Shown one piece after another: positions 1 to 8,949 of a stretch of 64,000 nucleotides of DNA; the first letter of the stretch is position 1; each line of letters opens with the position of its first letter. The notes beneath the pieces are model-generated. The model was not told where the DNA came from. It saw only the letters and a program-made list of their open reading frames with translations, and made no database searches. This DNA is from Candidatus Cloacimonadales bacterium (GTDB lineage Bacteria; Cloacimonadota; Cloacimonadia; Cloacimonadales; JAFGVF01), in contig CAXXOU010000004.1 in NCBI GenBank assembly GCA_963677495.2, positions 64,001-128,000 of the forward strand, written 5' to 3'. The translations under genes were made by a program, and so were the position numbers.

Positions 1-1
1 A

Positions 2-97
2 TGAGCCATCATCTACGTTTGCTAAACTATCTGCAACTTCTGTTGCAAATACCGAAAATGATATGATTAAGATTGAAATAATTAAAATAGCCTTCAT
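2..97 (-). CDS. N-terminal fragment of a secreted protein (runs off the window start)
   Basis: Reverse strand reads GGGAGAAGTT-ATG then MKAILIISILIISFSVFATEVADSLANVDDGS: RBS plus signal peptide, open to the edge. Confidence 0.6.
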   Translation of the reverse strand, partial: MKAILIISILIISFSVFATEVADSLANVDDGS

Positions 98-226
98 AAC
101 TTCTCCCTTCACTCTCACAAATTCATAATGCAACTATTATCTGTTAAAATCATTATGTCAAATGTTTTGTAGATATGTAAACCGGTTCCCGCTTTTTCTT
201 CAGTTTCTATCAAAATGCAATCATCC

Positions 227-316
227 CACTGTTTTCCCACTGTGCACTCACTGTGCACCCACTGAAACAGTGGGTTGGCAGTGCCTTAGCAGTGGTGACA
301 CAGTGCGAGTACAGTG
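227..316. repeat. 11-bp-phased palindrome, family A (4x CACTG then 5x CAGTG)
   Basis: CACTG at 227,238,249,260; CAGTG at 268,279,290,301,312; dyad CCCACTG-AAA-CAGTGGG; homologous copy at 34034-34123. Confidence 0.9.
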
Positions 317-366
317 CGTTGGTAAAAAGTTCAGTGAAAGGCAGTGGAAAGGGCATTAAATATAGC

Positions 367-814
367 TAAGTTACTGCAAAAAGCGCTGTGTATGAATTCA
401 GAAGCTGTCGCAATAGCGACCAAAGGGAGATGGGTGAATAGCGAAAAGAGGTAATAATCGATTTCGTGACAAGACGCACCAACGCAGATGGTGCACTCCA
501 TAATTGTAAGTTGTTGCAAATCGCGCTGTGTATGAATTCAGAAGCTGTCGCAATAGCGACCAAAGGGAGATGGGTGAATAGCGAAAAGAGGTAATAATCG
601 ATTTCGTGACAAGACGCACCAACGCAGATGGTGCACTCCATAATTGTAAGTTGTTGCAAATCGCACTGTGAATGTATTCTGAAGCTGTCGGAATAGCGAC
701 CAAAGGGAGATGGGTGAATAGCGAAAAGTGGCAATAATCAAATTCGTGACAAGACGCACCAACGCAGATGGTGCACTCCATAGTTGTAAGTTATTGGAAA
801 ATGCGCTGTGTATG
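367..814. repeat. Tandem array, 140-bp period: 28-bp repeat x4 separating three near-identical 112-bp REP-like cassettes
   Basis: GAAGCTGTCG at 401,541,681; TAAGTT..CTGTG(T/A)ATG 28-mers at 367,507,647,787. Confidence 0.95.
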
Positions 815-899
815 TTATTCAAACAAACTAACTTTTCACAAACCAATTGACAAGCATAGTTTACATGTCAACATTGAATCAAATGATAGAGGTAGGTGT

Positions 900-1706
900 A
901 TGAGAGTAAGAATACTGATTTTGATTATACTTCTTTCTGTGTCACTTTTTGCAGAAGAGATGGATGACCCGATTTGGACAAGAGTTGAGCATGGTGCCCA
1001 TTATTCAAAGATGAAGATGCCTGTAGAATCATTTACAGGAGAAAACGAAGTTGATGTTTACAAGTTTAATCCGGATTCATTTGCGATAGGCATCTATAAA
1101 GCAAGTCATCCCGTGAATTCAGACTACTGGCATTGGCAGAAGGATATGCTTTGTATTATCAATGCCACCATGGTCGATGAAGACAATGTAACAGCTCTTG
1201 GTGCGATGAAAGGCATAGATTGGGAAGTGGGGGATTCACCAAGTCCCGACATGAACATGATAATGTTTCTGACACCTAGATTTGAAGGAGAGAAGTTTAT
1301 CTTTAGAACAGCTGATGAGAAGGATGTTGTTAAACAGGGGACACGTTATTCTTGTATGACTCAGGGCATTGGACTTATACGAAATGGTAAGAAACTTAAT
1401 TACCATAGTGATATGGTAGCCGGATTCTCTGCTGTTGGAAAAGATAGCCATGGAAACCTTATTTTTATGCTATGTAGGCAACCGTATAGGTTTTCGGAAT
1501 TACCTGGTATCATGGCAAGCTTCAATCTTGATTTAACAGACCTTATGCTTGTAGAAAAAGGGCCCAATGCTTATGTTTCATTTAACAACAGAGAACGAAT
1601 AATCTACCACGTAGGTAGCTATGAGTTCGGTAAATACATGGGGCTTGACAATAAAAGACCAGCACGTGTTCCTTACACAATTGGACTTAAAAGAGGAATT
1701 AAATAG
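900..1706 (+). CDS. Secreted phosphodiester glycosidase-like (NAGPA/DUF2233-type) protein
   Basis: ATG at 900 after GAGGTAGG; signal peptide MRVRILILIILLSVSLFA; IINA and SAVGKDSHGNLIF...LVEKGP segments resemble this family but are degenerate. Confidence 0.5.
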   Translation: MRVRILILIILLSVSLFAEEMDDPIWTRVEHGAHYSKMKMPVESFTGENEVDVYKFNPDSFAIGIYKASHPVNSDYWHWQKDMLCIINATMVDEDNVTALGAMKGIDWEVGDSPSPDMNMIMFLTPRFEGEKFIFRTADEKDVVKQGTRYSCMTQGIGLIRNGKKLNYHSDMVAGFSAVGKDSHGNLIFMLCRQPYRFSELPGIMASFNLDLTDLMLVEKGPNAYVSFNNRERIIYHVGSYEFGKYMGLDNKRPARVPYTIGLKRGIK

Positions 1707-3113
1707 ATGGAAAACTTGAGAATTGCAATCGTAGGAAACATTGGTGTAGGCAAATCAACTCTAGTAAAAGCTGCAAGTACAGAGCCTTTACAACAGCTTC
1801 TTTTGGATGTTTATCCGGAGAAAGATGACATGCAAGGAGTGTTTGCTTTTCAGGAGGAGTTTGACCCAATTGTACTAGATGCATTCTATAAAGATCCTGT
1901 CAAATATGCTTTTATGGCCCAGATTGAATTCTTTAATGGCCGTCTGGATAGGCAAATAAAGATTCAGGGATGTAAAGGTATTGTGCTTGAAGATAGAACT
2001 TTGCATGAGGACTATCACATCTTTGGTAAAGCCCAAAAAGTGCTTAAAAACATGACTGAAGCTGAGTTTAGAACATATTCCAGAACCTTCCATCTAATGA
2101 CAGAAAAAGTAAGTCCTCCTGATTTGGTAGTCTATTTAAGGGCAGATGTTGAGACTGTTTTAGAAAGGATTGCAAAACGTGGACGTGAAAGTGAAAAGCA
2201 GATTGAACCTGAATATCTTAGACTCTTACACGAGCTTTACGAAGAATATATAAACAGATTTGTTGAGTGTCCTGTGCTTGTAATTGATGCGAACAAGAAG
2301 AATGACCTTAGTAAGGAACGTTTCCTTAAAAAGACAATTAAGCAGATTGCAGAGAAGATAAAGAACCTCGAACTTAGAGTTAGTTCTCCAGGCATCGGAG
2401 AGTGGGTAAGATTACCTCAAACAAAAGCAACTTTGAAAGCTGTGGACAGTGAGAAAAGGCTTGAAGAATATCTTAGAGACAACCCGAAACTGATTACTGT
2501 AGCCGGGAATGTTGGGCTTGGCAAATCTACTCTAACTGCAATTATGGAAAGAACTCTTAAGTTAAAAGGTCTCTATGAAGCACCGGAAGAGAATCCACTC
2601 CTTGAAAAGTTTCTCGGTGATAAGAAGAAGTATTGCTTTGAACTGCAAAGGCATTTCCTCAGAATGCGTAGTGAACAACGTTTGCAAGGTAAGAGCGGAG
2701 ACGGAAGCTATATCAAAGACAGATCTTTTGCAGAGGATTTACTGGTCTTCTGCTATCAGTTTGAAAAAGATGGAATCCTCACAGCTGATGAGTTAAATCA
2801 GCTAATCACAGAATTTAAGCAAGTAAATATGACTCTCCCATCAGCAGACCTGATGATCATCCTAAAAGGAAATGCAAAACTCGCCTGGAGTCGAATCCAA
2901 CAACGGGGTCGTGAGATGGAAACAGAGGGTGGTTGGAGTCTATCTGATATCAGAAACCTCAATGAATGGTATCAAACCTATCACAACGATGTGCTTCATT
3001 ATGGTTTTCACAAAGGACCTATCTTAGAAATAGATGTTGAAAAAGTGGATCTTACAAATCGTATCCATTGTGGCTATATTTTTGAACAGATATATGATAT
3101 GCTGAAGGGATAG
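1707..3113 (+). CDS. Tandem (two-domain) deoxynucleoside kinase
   Basis: Two P-loops GNIGVGKST and GNVGLGKST, two DR(T/S) motifs, two lids RIAKRGRESE and RIQQRGREME. Confidence 0.88.
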   Translation: MENLRIAIVGNIGVGKSTLVKAASTEPLQQLLLDVYPEKDDMQGVFAFQEEFDPIVLDAFYKDPVKYAFMAQIEFFNGRLDRQIKIQGCKGIVLEDRTLHEDYHIFGKAQKVLKNMTEAEFRTYSRTFHLMTEKVSPPDLVVYLRADVETVLERIAKRGRESEKQIEPEYLRLLHELYEEYINRFVECPVLVIDANKKNDLSKERFLKKTIKQIAEKIKNLELRVSSPGIGEWVRLPQTKATLKAVDSEKRLEEYLRDNPKLITVAGNVGLGKSTLTAIMERTLKLKGLYEAPEENPLLEKFLGDKKKYCFELQRHFLRMRSEQRLQGKSGDGSYIKDRSFAEDLLVFCYQFEKDGILTADELNQLITEFKQVNMTLPSADLMIILKGNAKLAWSRIQQRGREMETEGGWSLSDIRNLNEWYQTYHNDVLHYGFHKGPILEIDVEKVDLTNRIHCGYIFEQIYDMLKG

Positions 3114-3117
3114 TACT

Positions 3118-3580
3118 CTACCTTTCGAATGGTCCCTAGACCTTCGAAATGGTGCTTTTGCATTGTGAAGTTTACTTCTTCGGGATTCACCATTTGCAAG
3201 GTTTACAACCATTCCAAAGGTGAGATTGTGTCCTACCTTTCAAATGTACTTAAGACCTTCGAAATGGTGCTTATATTCCCCTCTCGCAGAGGGGTGTCGT
3301 TTTAACGGTGGAGTGTTTTCTCCTAGAATATACTCTATTAATTCAAACCACGAAAGGCACAGAAAGCACGAAAAGGGATGAATTGATTTAGTGTCCTTTC
3401 GAGTATTTCACGGTTAATTAGTTCAGAGAACCGATTAACTGCTTCGAAAGTTCTACTAAGTGCATTTTAGGAAGTCCGTTCCCGCTACGCAAGCTTCGCA
3501 TCTGACAAACTCCCTGAAATGCGAGAAATTCCTTCGTGATTCACCATTTGCAAGGTTTACAACCATTCCAAAGGTGAGTG
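3118..3580. repeat. Mosaic of several REP/MITE-like palindromic elements between convergent genes
   Basis: Duplicated GATTCACCATTTGCAAGGTTTACAACCATTCCAAAGGTGAG; ACCTTTCGAATGGT/ACCTTCGAAATGGT hairpins; CCCCTCT..AGAGGGG; 9-bp-phased CAC..GTG palindrome; CATTTTAGG..CCTGAAATG element also at 34263 and 34648. Confidence 0.85.
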
Positions 3581-3598
3581 TCTAGAGGTGAAGGTAAA

Positions 3599-6244
3599 CT
3601 AAAATCTGATTCCACCACCTACGTAAGGGATAAATCCATCGAACATTGGATGATCTGGATCTCCATCAATTGGCTGTGGAAGGATATTTCCTGTTGACCA
3701 ATCTTTCAGGTCATCTTTATAGTAATACTTTCCTTCCGGACTTCCCATATCAGTAAACACCATAAAACCGGCTTCCAGAGTTAGGAAAGATGAACCCCAT
3801 AACTTTCTTTCAAGACTAACTGATGCGTTAATCGGATTCCAACAGAATAGTGTTGTTTGATCATATTTTAGTTCATTGTCTTCAAACTCAACTTCACCCT
3901 TCACAAATGAGACTCGTTGCCCTTCATATTCCATATTGTATGGGTAGAAGAATTTACCTGATATATCAAGTTCAATATTGAATCTATTGTTACGGTCTGA
4001 AGTCTCAGCAGTCCAACCTACTAATAATGAAGTCATATCTAATCTAAAGAAGTTGTCAGAGACAAGGCCATTTCCCAGTATACTTAAACCGATATAAAAT
4101 GAAGTTTTTTTGTTGTCTAAGAAATTGTCATTATAGGCATAGACTTTAAACAATAAAGGAATATTAACCATTGTATTGTTTTCAGAAACTAGGACTTTGA
4201 TAGGGGCATACATTCCCATGCTTTTATTAGTCATCATAAAAGGCTTCAAAATGCCAACAATGTTCTCATATTGTTCAACTGATCTGACTGTATCATCTTG
4301 GCAATCATAATAGTTCCACAAGTTCTCTTTGCTTAGCTCCATCTTTTTCTGTTTCGCAACTAGTATATCATTTACAACATCAATATCATAATTACCGTTC
4401 TGCTTAATATTTAATTGCTTCTTAAAGCTATAGCCATCAGCGTTATTAATCTCTATAGTATATCTACCTTTATAAGCTAAGGAATACTGAGATTTAAAAC
4501 TACCGTTATAGATGATATCAGATCCTTTCTTTATATTCATATCTAGATTCGACGCTTGATGCTGTAGATTGAAGTTTAAAATATATTGAGCCTTAGGTAA
4601 CTCAATACTCCTAGATAGATCATCTCCGGTGTTAAGTGTAATCGTTTCTTTATGTGTTATGTAGTCATCTTTACCTACAGTCATTTCATATGTACCATAA
4701 GGTATTTCTCTGAATCTGTGTCTGCCAACATGAGAGAACTCTTCTCCTAAATCACCAACCAGGGTTATGTTTGCATCAGCTGGAATTACAGCAACATTGA
4801 GTGTGGCTGTTTGCACCTTAGGATAAAGGTCAAGTGTAACGCGATTATTCTTTTCGATAAGAATTGATTCTTCAATTGATGATGCTTTTGATTGCTCTAC
4901 TTTTATATCGAGCATTTGGGGATTGATTCTATAATCTTTAAGTGGTCCGACATTAGTATAGCCGTTACCAAGGGTGATAGTAGCTCTATCACTAGTATTG
5001 ATAGTAATATATGCTGATACGTCCTCAGGATCATGATTTAATGTTTTGTTATCACCTTTCATCAAGGTAATAGTCTCTGTTATTGTTTCGCAGTATTCCT
5101 GTTCAACTCTAAGGGAATAAGTACCCGGAAGAAGTTTAAGGTCTTCTAAACCACCAATAAAGCTCATACCATTACTCATAAACACAGTTGCCTTCGGAGA
5201 AGTCTTAACTGTAAGCGTTGCAGAAATATCTTCAGGGAAAAGCTCTAGCTGCTTTACTTCTCCTTTTGTTAATACTATATCTTTTGTAATGGTCTCGCAG
5301 AACTCTTTTTCCACAACAATATGTAATGACTGAGGAAGATAAATTTGGTTCATTAGAGAACCTGTGAAGATTTGACCATTAACTGTGACTTTTGCATCAG
5401 GATAAGTGTTAATCGTCAGTGATGCTCTTATATCGCTGAGAACATAGTTCTTTTCAGTTACATCAGTGATAGTAATCTCTTCAACTATTGGTGTGTAGTT
5501 TTCTTTCTCCAATTTGATTGTGTACGTACCCTTAGGGAAGAAACCTGTTTTTGGTGTGTTTCCGAAGTAAGCATTTTTAATGAAGATAGTAGCACCTTCA
5601 GGTTCAGAAGTAATCGTAACGGTTGCGTCCATTGCTTTCTCTAGAGTATAGCTGAAGCTTTGTGAACCTTCTGAGACATTGATTGTCTTCCTTATAACAT
5701 CATAACCATTCTTACGGATTTCAATACTATGCTCACCTGAATTACTTGTAATGCTTAAATTACCTTTAGTTGTAATACCATGGGACTTGCCATCAATGAG
5801 CACCTCGGCATCTGATGGTGTAGTTGAGATCATGATTGGTACTGTTTGCACTTTTTTATCACCTGTAAGTTGGAGTTCATATACTTCACCGGAAGCTATA
5901 TTGTATATACCGTAAGTTGAAAAAACGACTTCAAACTCATTAAATCCTGCTGCATTAACAATGATTCTCTTCTCTTTAGGGGAAACAAATATCTCGTATC
6001 GTCCGGGAGTATTTTTTTTTACAGGACGCACTAACCCTTTAGATGAGCGGAATCTAAAATCAGTATCAAGATCTGTTAATAAGATGACAAGAGCAGCTTG
6101 CTCCATATTCTTATCAATTATACTATCTGATATAATCATTCCACTTTTGAGCTTGGCTTTCCCTTCAATTCTCAGCTCGTTAAGTTCCCCAAATAATATT
6201 GAAGTCAATAATACAAACAAAATAACAATACCAATTCTCTTCAT
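3599..6244 (-). CDS. PEGA-repeat protein with probable C-terminal outer-membrane beta-barrel
   Basis: Signal peptide; repeated (S/T)xPxGA.V.I...G.TP PEGA motifs; terminal YVGGGIRF beta-signal. Confidence 0.75.
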   Translation of the reverse strand: MKRIGIVILFVLLTSILFGELNELRIEGKAKLKSGMIISDSIIDKNMEQAALVILLTDLDTDFRFRSSKGLVRPVKKNTPGRYEIFVSPKEKRIIVNAAGFNEFEVVFSTYGIYNIASGEVYELQLTGDKKVQTVPIMISTTPSDAEVLIDGKSHGITTKGNLSITSNSGEHSIEIRKNGYDVIRKTINVSEGSQSFSYTLEKAMDATVTITSEPEGATIFIKNAYFGNTPKTGFFPKGTYTIKLEKENYTPIVEEITITDVTEKNYVLSDIRASLTINTYPDAKVTVNGQIFTGSLMNQIYLPQSLHIVVEKEFCETITKDIVLTKGEVKQLELFPEDISATLTVKTSPKATVFMSNGMSFIGGLEDLKLLPGTYSLRVEQEYCETITETITLMKGDNKTLNHDPEDVSAYITINTSDRATITLGNGYTNVGPLKDYRINPQMLDIKVEQSKASSIEESILIEKNNRVTLDLYPKVQTATLNVAVIPADANITLVGDLGEEFSHVGRHRFREIPYGTYEMTVGKDDYITHKETITLNTGDDLSRSIELPKAQYILNFNLQHQASNLDMNIKKGSDIIYNGSFKSQYSLAYKGRYTIEINNADGYSFKKQLNIKQNGNYDIDVVNDILVAKQKKMELSKENLWNYYDCQDDTVRSVEQYENIVGILKPFMMTNKSMGMYAPIKVLVSENNTMVNIPLLFKVYAYNDNFLDNKKTSFYIGLSILGNGLVSDNFFRLDMTSLLVGWTAETSDRNNRFNIELDISGKFFYPYNMEYEGQRVSFVKGEVEFEDNELKYDQTTLFCWNPINASVSLERKLWGSSFLTLEAGFMVFTDMGSPEGKYYYKDDLKDWSTGNILPQPIDGDPDHPMFDGFIPYVGGGIRF

Positions 6245-6326
6245 ACTTACCCTTTATGATTACAGTTTTCTTTATTTGTTAAGGTTTTGGTGTTATGTCA
6301 AGGAATGAGTGAAATATTCCTCTCAA

Positions 6327-8666
6327 TTACCAATGTACAGCTTTCTTAATCTCTTGCAACTCCTTATCAGAATCTTCCCTTTTTTCTCTGAGCTCTCTCA
6401 ATCCATCCAATAAGTTTTCTGAGTTCTGCTGAACGTTTGTTTGATTAATTGTTCTTACTATTCTGAAACCTTCTGAAGAGCTGGGACGAGAATAGGATCG
6501 ATGGAAAACTCGATTTTGATAACTATATTTTTCTCCCATAGCTAACCCCCCTCTTGCAACTCTTTCTTCACCCTCATCAGCACCTTTAGGATTTATGGTT
6601 TTAGGATTGTTGTTCCAATAGGAATAGTCGTACCAATCCCAACACCATTCCTCTTTAGAACCGCTCAAGTCATGAATCCCAAGTTCATTTGGTGTCTTTT
6701 GTCCTACCTCTATTCTACCATAGCTATCATCAGAAACAGCATCAAAGTCATTAGTCCCGGCATACAAATACCCATTACTTTTGTTCCCACCTCGTGCAGC
6801 ATACTCCCATTCAGCTTCGGTTGGAAGTCTATAACCATCTGCATCAAAGTCGCATGTTACAGTCCACTTTATCTTATCATGCTTACGTTTATTCTTGTTG
6901 TTCTTATCCTTTTTCTTTTTGTTAATGGAATAACATGGTGTTAGACCTTCTTTTTCGCTAAGAATGTTACAGAACTCTACAGCGCTATACCATGTGACCT
7001 CAACTGCATGATTAGGGTCATAAACAGGTTCATCAGGAACAAGGGTGTTATATCTTTCTTCAGTAATTTCATACTTGCTAATACAGAAATCTGAAACAGT
7101 AACTTCATGAGGCATATGATAGTTATGATCATCAATCTTATCACCCATAATAAAGGTGCCACCATCTACTACGACCATTTCATACCCTGTTGATGAGATG
7201 ATGTCTGGTATATCTTGTCCTTCGGTTAATTGGTAGTTTTGCTTGAAAGTATGGTTTGCATCTAACCTCAGATTCTCTTTGTGTGAAAGGTAACCCTGAT
7301 GCTGGATCACTAAATCATAATTTCCTATAGGGACATCAGTAAAGATAGCTTTGCCTATAGACTCATATCTTTCCCCACTATCTCCTTCACAAATAACTTT
7401 TGATTCAGTTGGGATCACATTGATGAGAATCGTCCCTGTTTCAATTTCAGGATAAAGGTTTTTAACAATATTAGCATTCTTTTCAAGCAGAACAGTGTGG
7501 TTAATAGTTGGTGCTTTAGGCATCTCTACTATCAACTCGACAACTTGAGGAGTTAGTTTCAATTCTTTGAATCCACCTTTGTACTGTTTGCTATTATTAA
7601 CAGTAACTGTGGCATTTGGATGTGTGTTTACTGATAGTGTACATGTAACATCATCAGGATACAAATCTAAAACTCTAGTTTCATTGTCTTTAAGAGTGTA
7701 TTCTTTTTCAATAGTTTCACAGTATGGGGCTTCAATTTTAACTCTCAATAAGCCGGGAGCAATTTTAAGACTATCTACTGCAGACTCTTGTTTAACACCG
7801 TTTATATAACAAGTAGCATTTTCTAGAGTATTGATTGTAATTATAGCTCGCGTATCGCTCAACTTGTATAGTTTTTTCAGACCATCAACAATCTCAATAT
7901 TCTCTTCAATCGTTGAATAGTTTTCTTTTTCAACTTTAACAGTGTATATCCCGGTGGGGAAGAAGCTTGTTTTGGGAGTAACACCGAACTTAACACCTTT
8001 TATCCAAACAGTAGCACCTTGAGGTTCTGAGTTAATAGTAACAACTGCATCGACAGCAGGGACTAAAGTGTAGTTAAAGTTCTGCTTTCCCCTCTTTATT
8101 TCTATCTCTTCAGTAATAGAACTATGTCCATCCAACTCAATTTTCAGTATCTGTTTCCCGGATTCTAATGATAAACTAAGACCATCACTTGTTGTATTAC
8201 CATAGCTTTTATCATTAACGAAAACTTTAGCATTTGCAGGTTTGGTAGTAATCAAAACAGGCAACTCAGTAACTTTACTATCTCCTGTAATGTTGAGAAC
8301 ATAGACTTCCCCACTAGTAATCCTTCGAATCCCATAGCTTGATAACACGACTTCAAACTCTTTAAAACCCGTAGCATTTACTTTGATTGTTCGTTCTCCA
8401 GGAGAGACATACACTTCGAATTTCCCAGGTACCGATTTATCTACATCTCGAACTTTACCATTTGAAGGTCTGAATACGAAATCTGTATCAAGGTCAGTGA
8501 GGAATACCAGCAAAGCTGCCTGTTCGAGATTCTTATCTACAATCTCCTTTGAAATAATAATCCCATCTTTGAATTCCGCTTTACCTTCAATTCTCAACTC
8601 ATTCATTTGCCCAAACAGAAGTGAAAATGATAATATATACATAAGTGCAATCACAAATCTTTTCAT
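6327..8666 (-). CDS. PEGA-repeat plus FGE-sulfatase (SUMF1/C-type lectin fold) domain protein
   Basis: PEGA repeats; GGTFIMG, YRLPTEAEWEYAARGG, PNELGIHDLSG..EWCWDWY, GFRIV motifs. Confidence 0.85.
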   Translation of the reverse strand: MKRFVIALMYILSFSLLFGQMNELRIEGKAEFKDGIIISKEIVDKNLEQAALLVFLTDLDTDFVFRPSNGKVRDVDKSVPGKFEVYVSPGERTIKVNATGFKEFEVVLSSYGIRRITSGEVYVLNITGDSKVTELPVLITTKPANAKVFVNDKSYGNTTSDGLSLSLESGKQILKIELDGHSSITEEIEIKRGKQNFNYTLVPAVDAVVTINSEPQGATVWIKGVKFGVTPKTSFFPTGIYTVKVEKENYSTIEENIEIVDGLKKLYKLSDTRAIITINTLENATCYINGVKQESAVDSLKIAPGLLRVKIEAPYCETIEKEYTLKDNETRVLDLYPDDVTCTLSVNTHPNATVTVNNSKQYKGGFKELKLTPQVVELIVEMPKAPTINHTVLLEKNANIVKNLYPEIETGTILINVIPTESKVICEGDSGERYESIGKAIFTDVPIGNYDLVIQHQGYLSHKENLRLDANHTFKQNYQLTEGQDIPDIISSTGYEMVVVDGGTFIMGDKIDDHNYHMPHEVTVSDFCISKYEITEERYNTLVPDEPVYDPNHAVEVTWYSAVEFCNILSEKEGLTPCYSINKKKKDKNNKNKRKHDKIKWTVTCDFDADGYRLPTEAEWEYAARGGNKSNGYLYAGTNDFDAVSDDSYGRIEVGQKTPNELGIHDLSGSKEEWCWDWYDYSYWNNNPKTINPKGADEGEERVARGGLAMGEKYSYQNRVFHRSYSRPSSSEGFRIVRTINQTNVQQNSENLLDGLRELREKREDSDKELQEIKKAVHW

Positions 8667-8764
8667 ACTTACCCTTTTGCTTACAGTTTTTGCTAATCAT
8701 CCAGCTTTTGGTGATATGTCAAGTAATGAATGATTCAAACTTATTCATACCTTTGCTATTTCAC

Positions 8765-8900
8765 TGCTCTATCATAATAACCATCACAAAATCATCAACT
8801 ACTGCTACTTTTCTTGTCAGTTTCTTATGCGCCAGCCAAGGGATTGCCCAAGAGACTCATAGGAATCGGATAGTTTTCTATGCTTTATTATGATAGAGCA
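8765..8900. mobile_element. 136-bp MITE-like element with perfect 16-bp terminal inverted repeats
   Basis: TGCTCTATCATAATAA (8765-8780) and TTATTATGATAGAGCA (8885-8900). Confidence 0.5.
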
Positions 8901-8949
8901 TAGAAAGACTGAAGTGCTTGCTTTATTGGATTATATCCCTTAAAGAATC

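Noticed and set aside
367..814. Canonical CRISPR array
   Set aside because: Intervening segments are 112 bp and near-identical, repeats are degenerate, and no cas genes are present.
162..846. Short ORFs over the repeat region, and the 768 start of the next gene
   Set aside because: They are translations of the tandem repeat; the real start is the ATG at 900 with RBS and signal peptide.
6327..6700. Diversity-generating retroelement target (FGE/CLec domain)
   Set aside because: No reverse transcriptase and no adenine-variant template repeat were seen in the window, and the domain is followed by a 40-aa tail; a remote DGR cannot be excluded.
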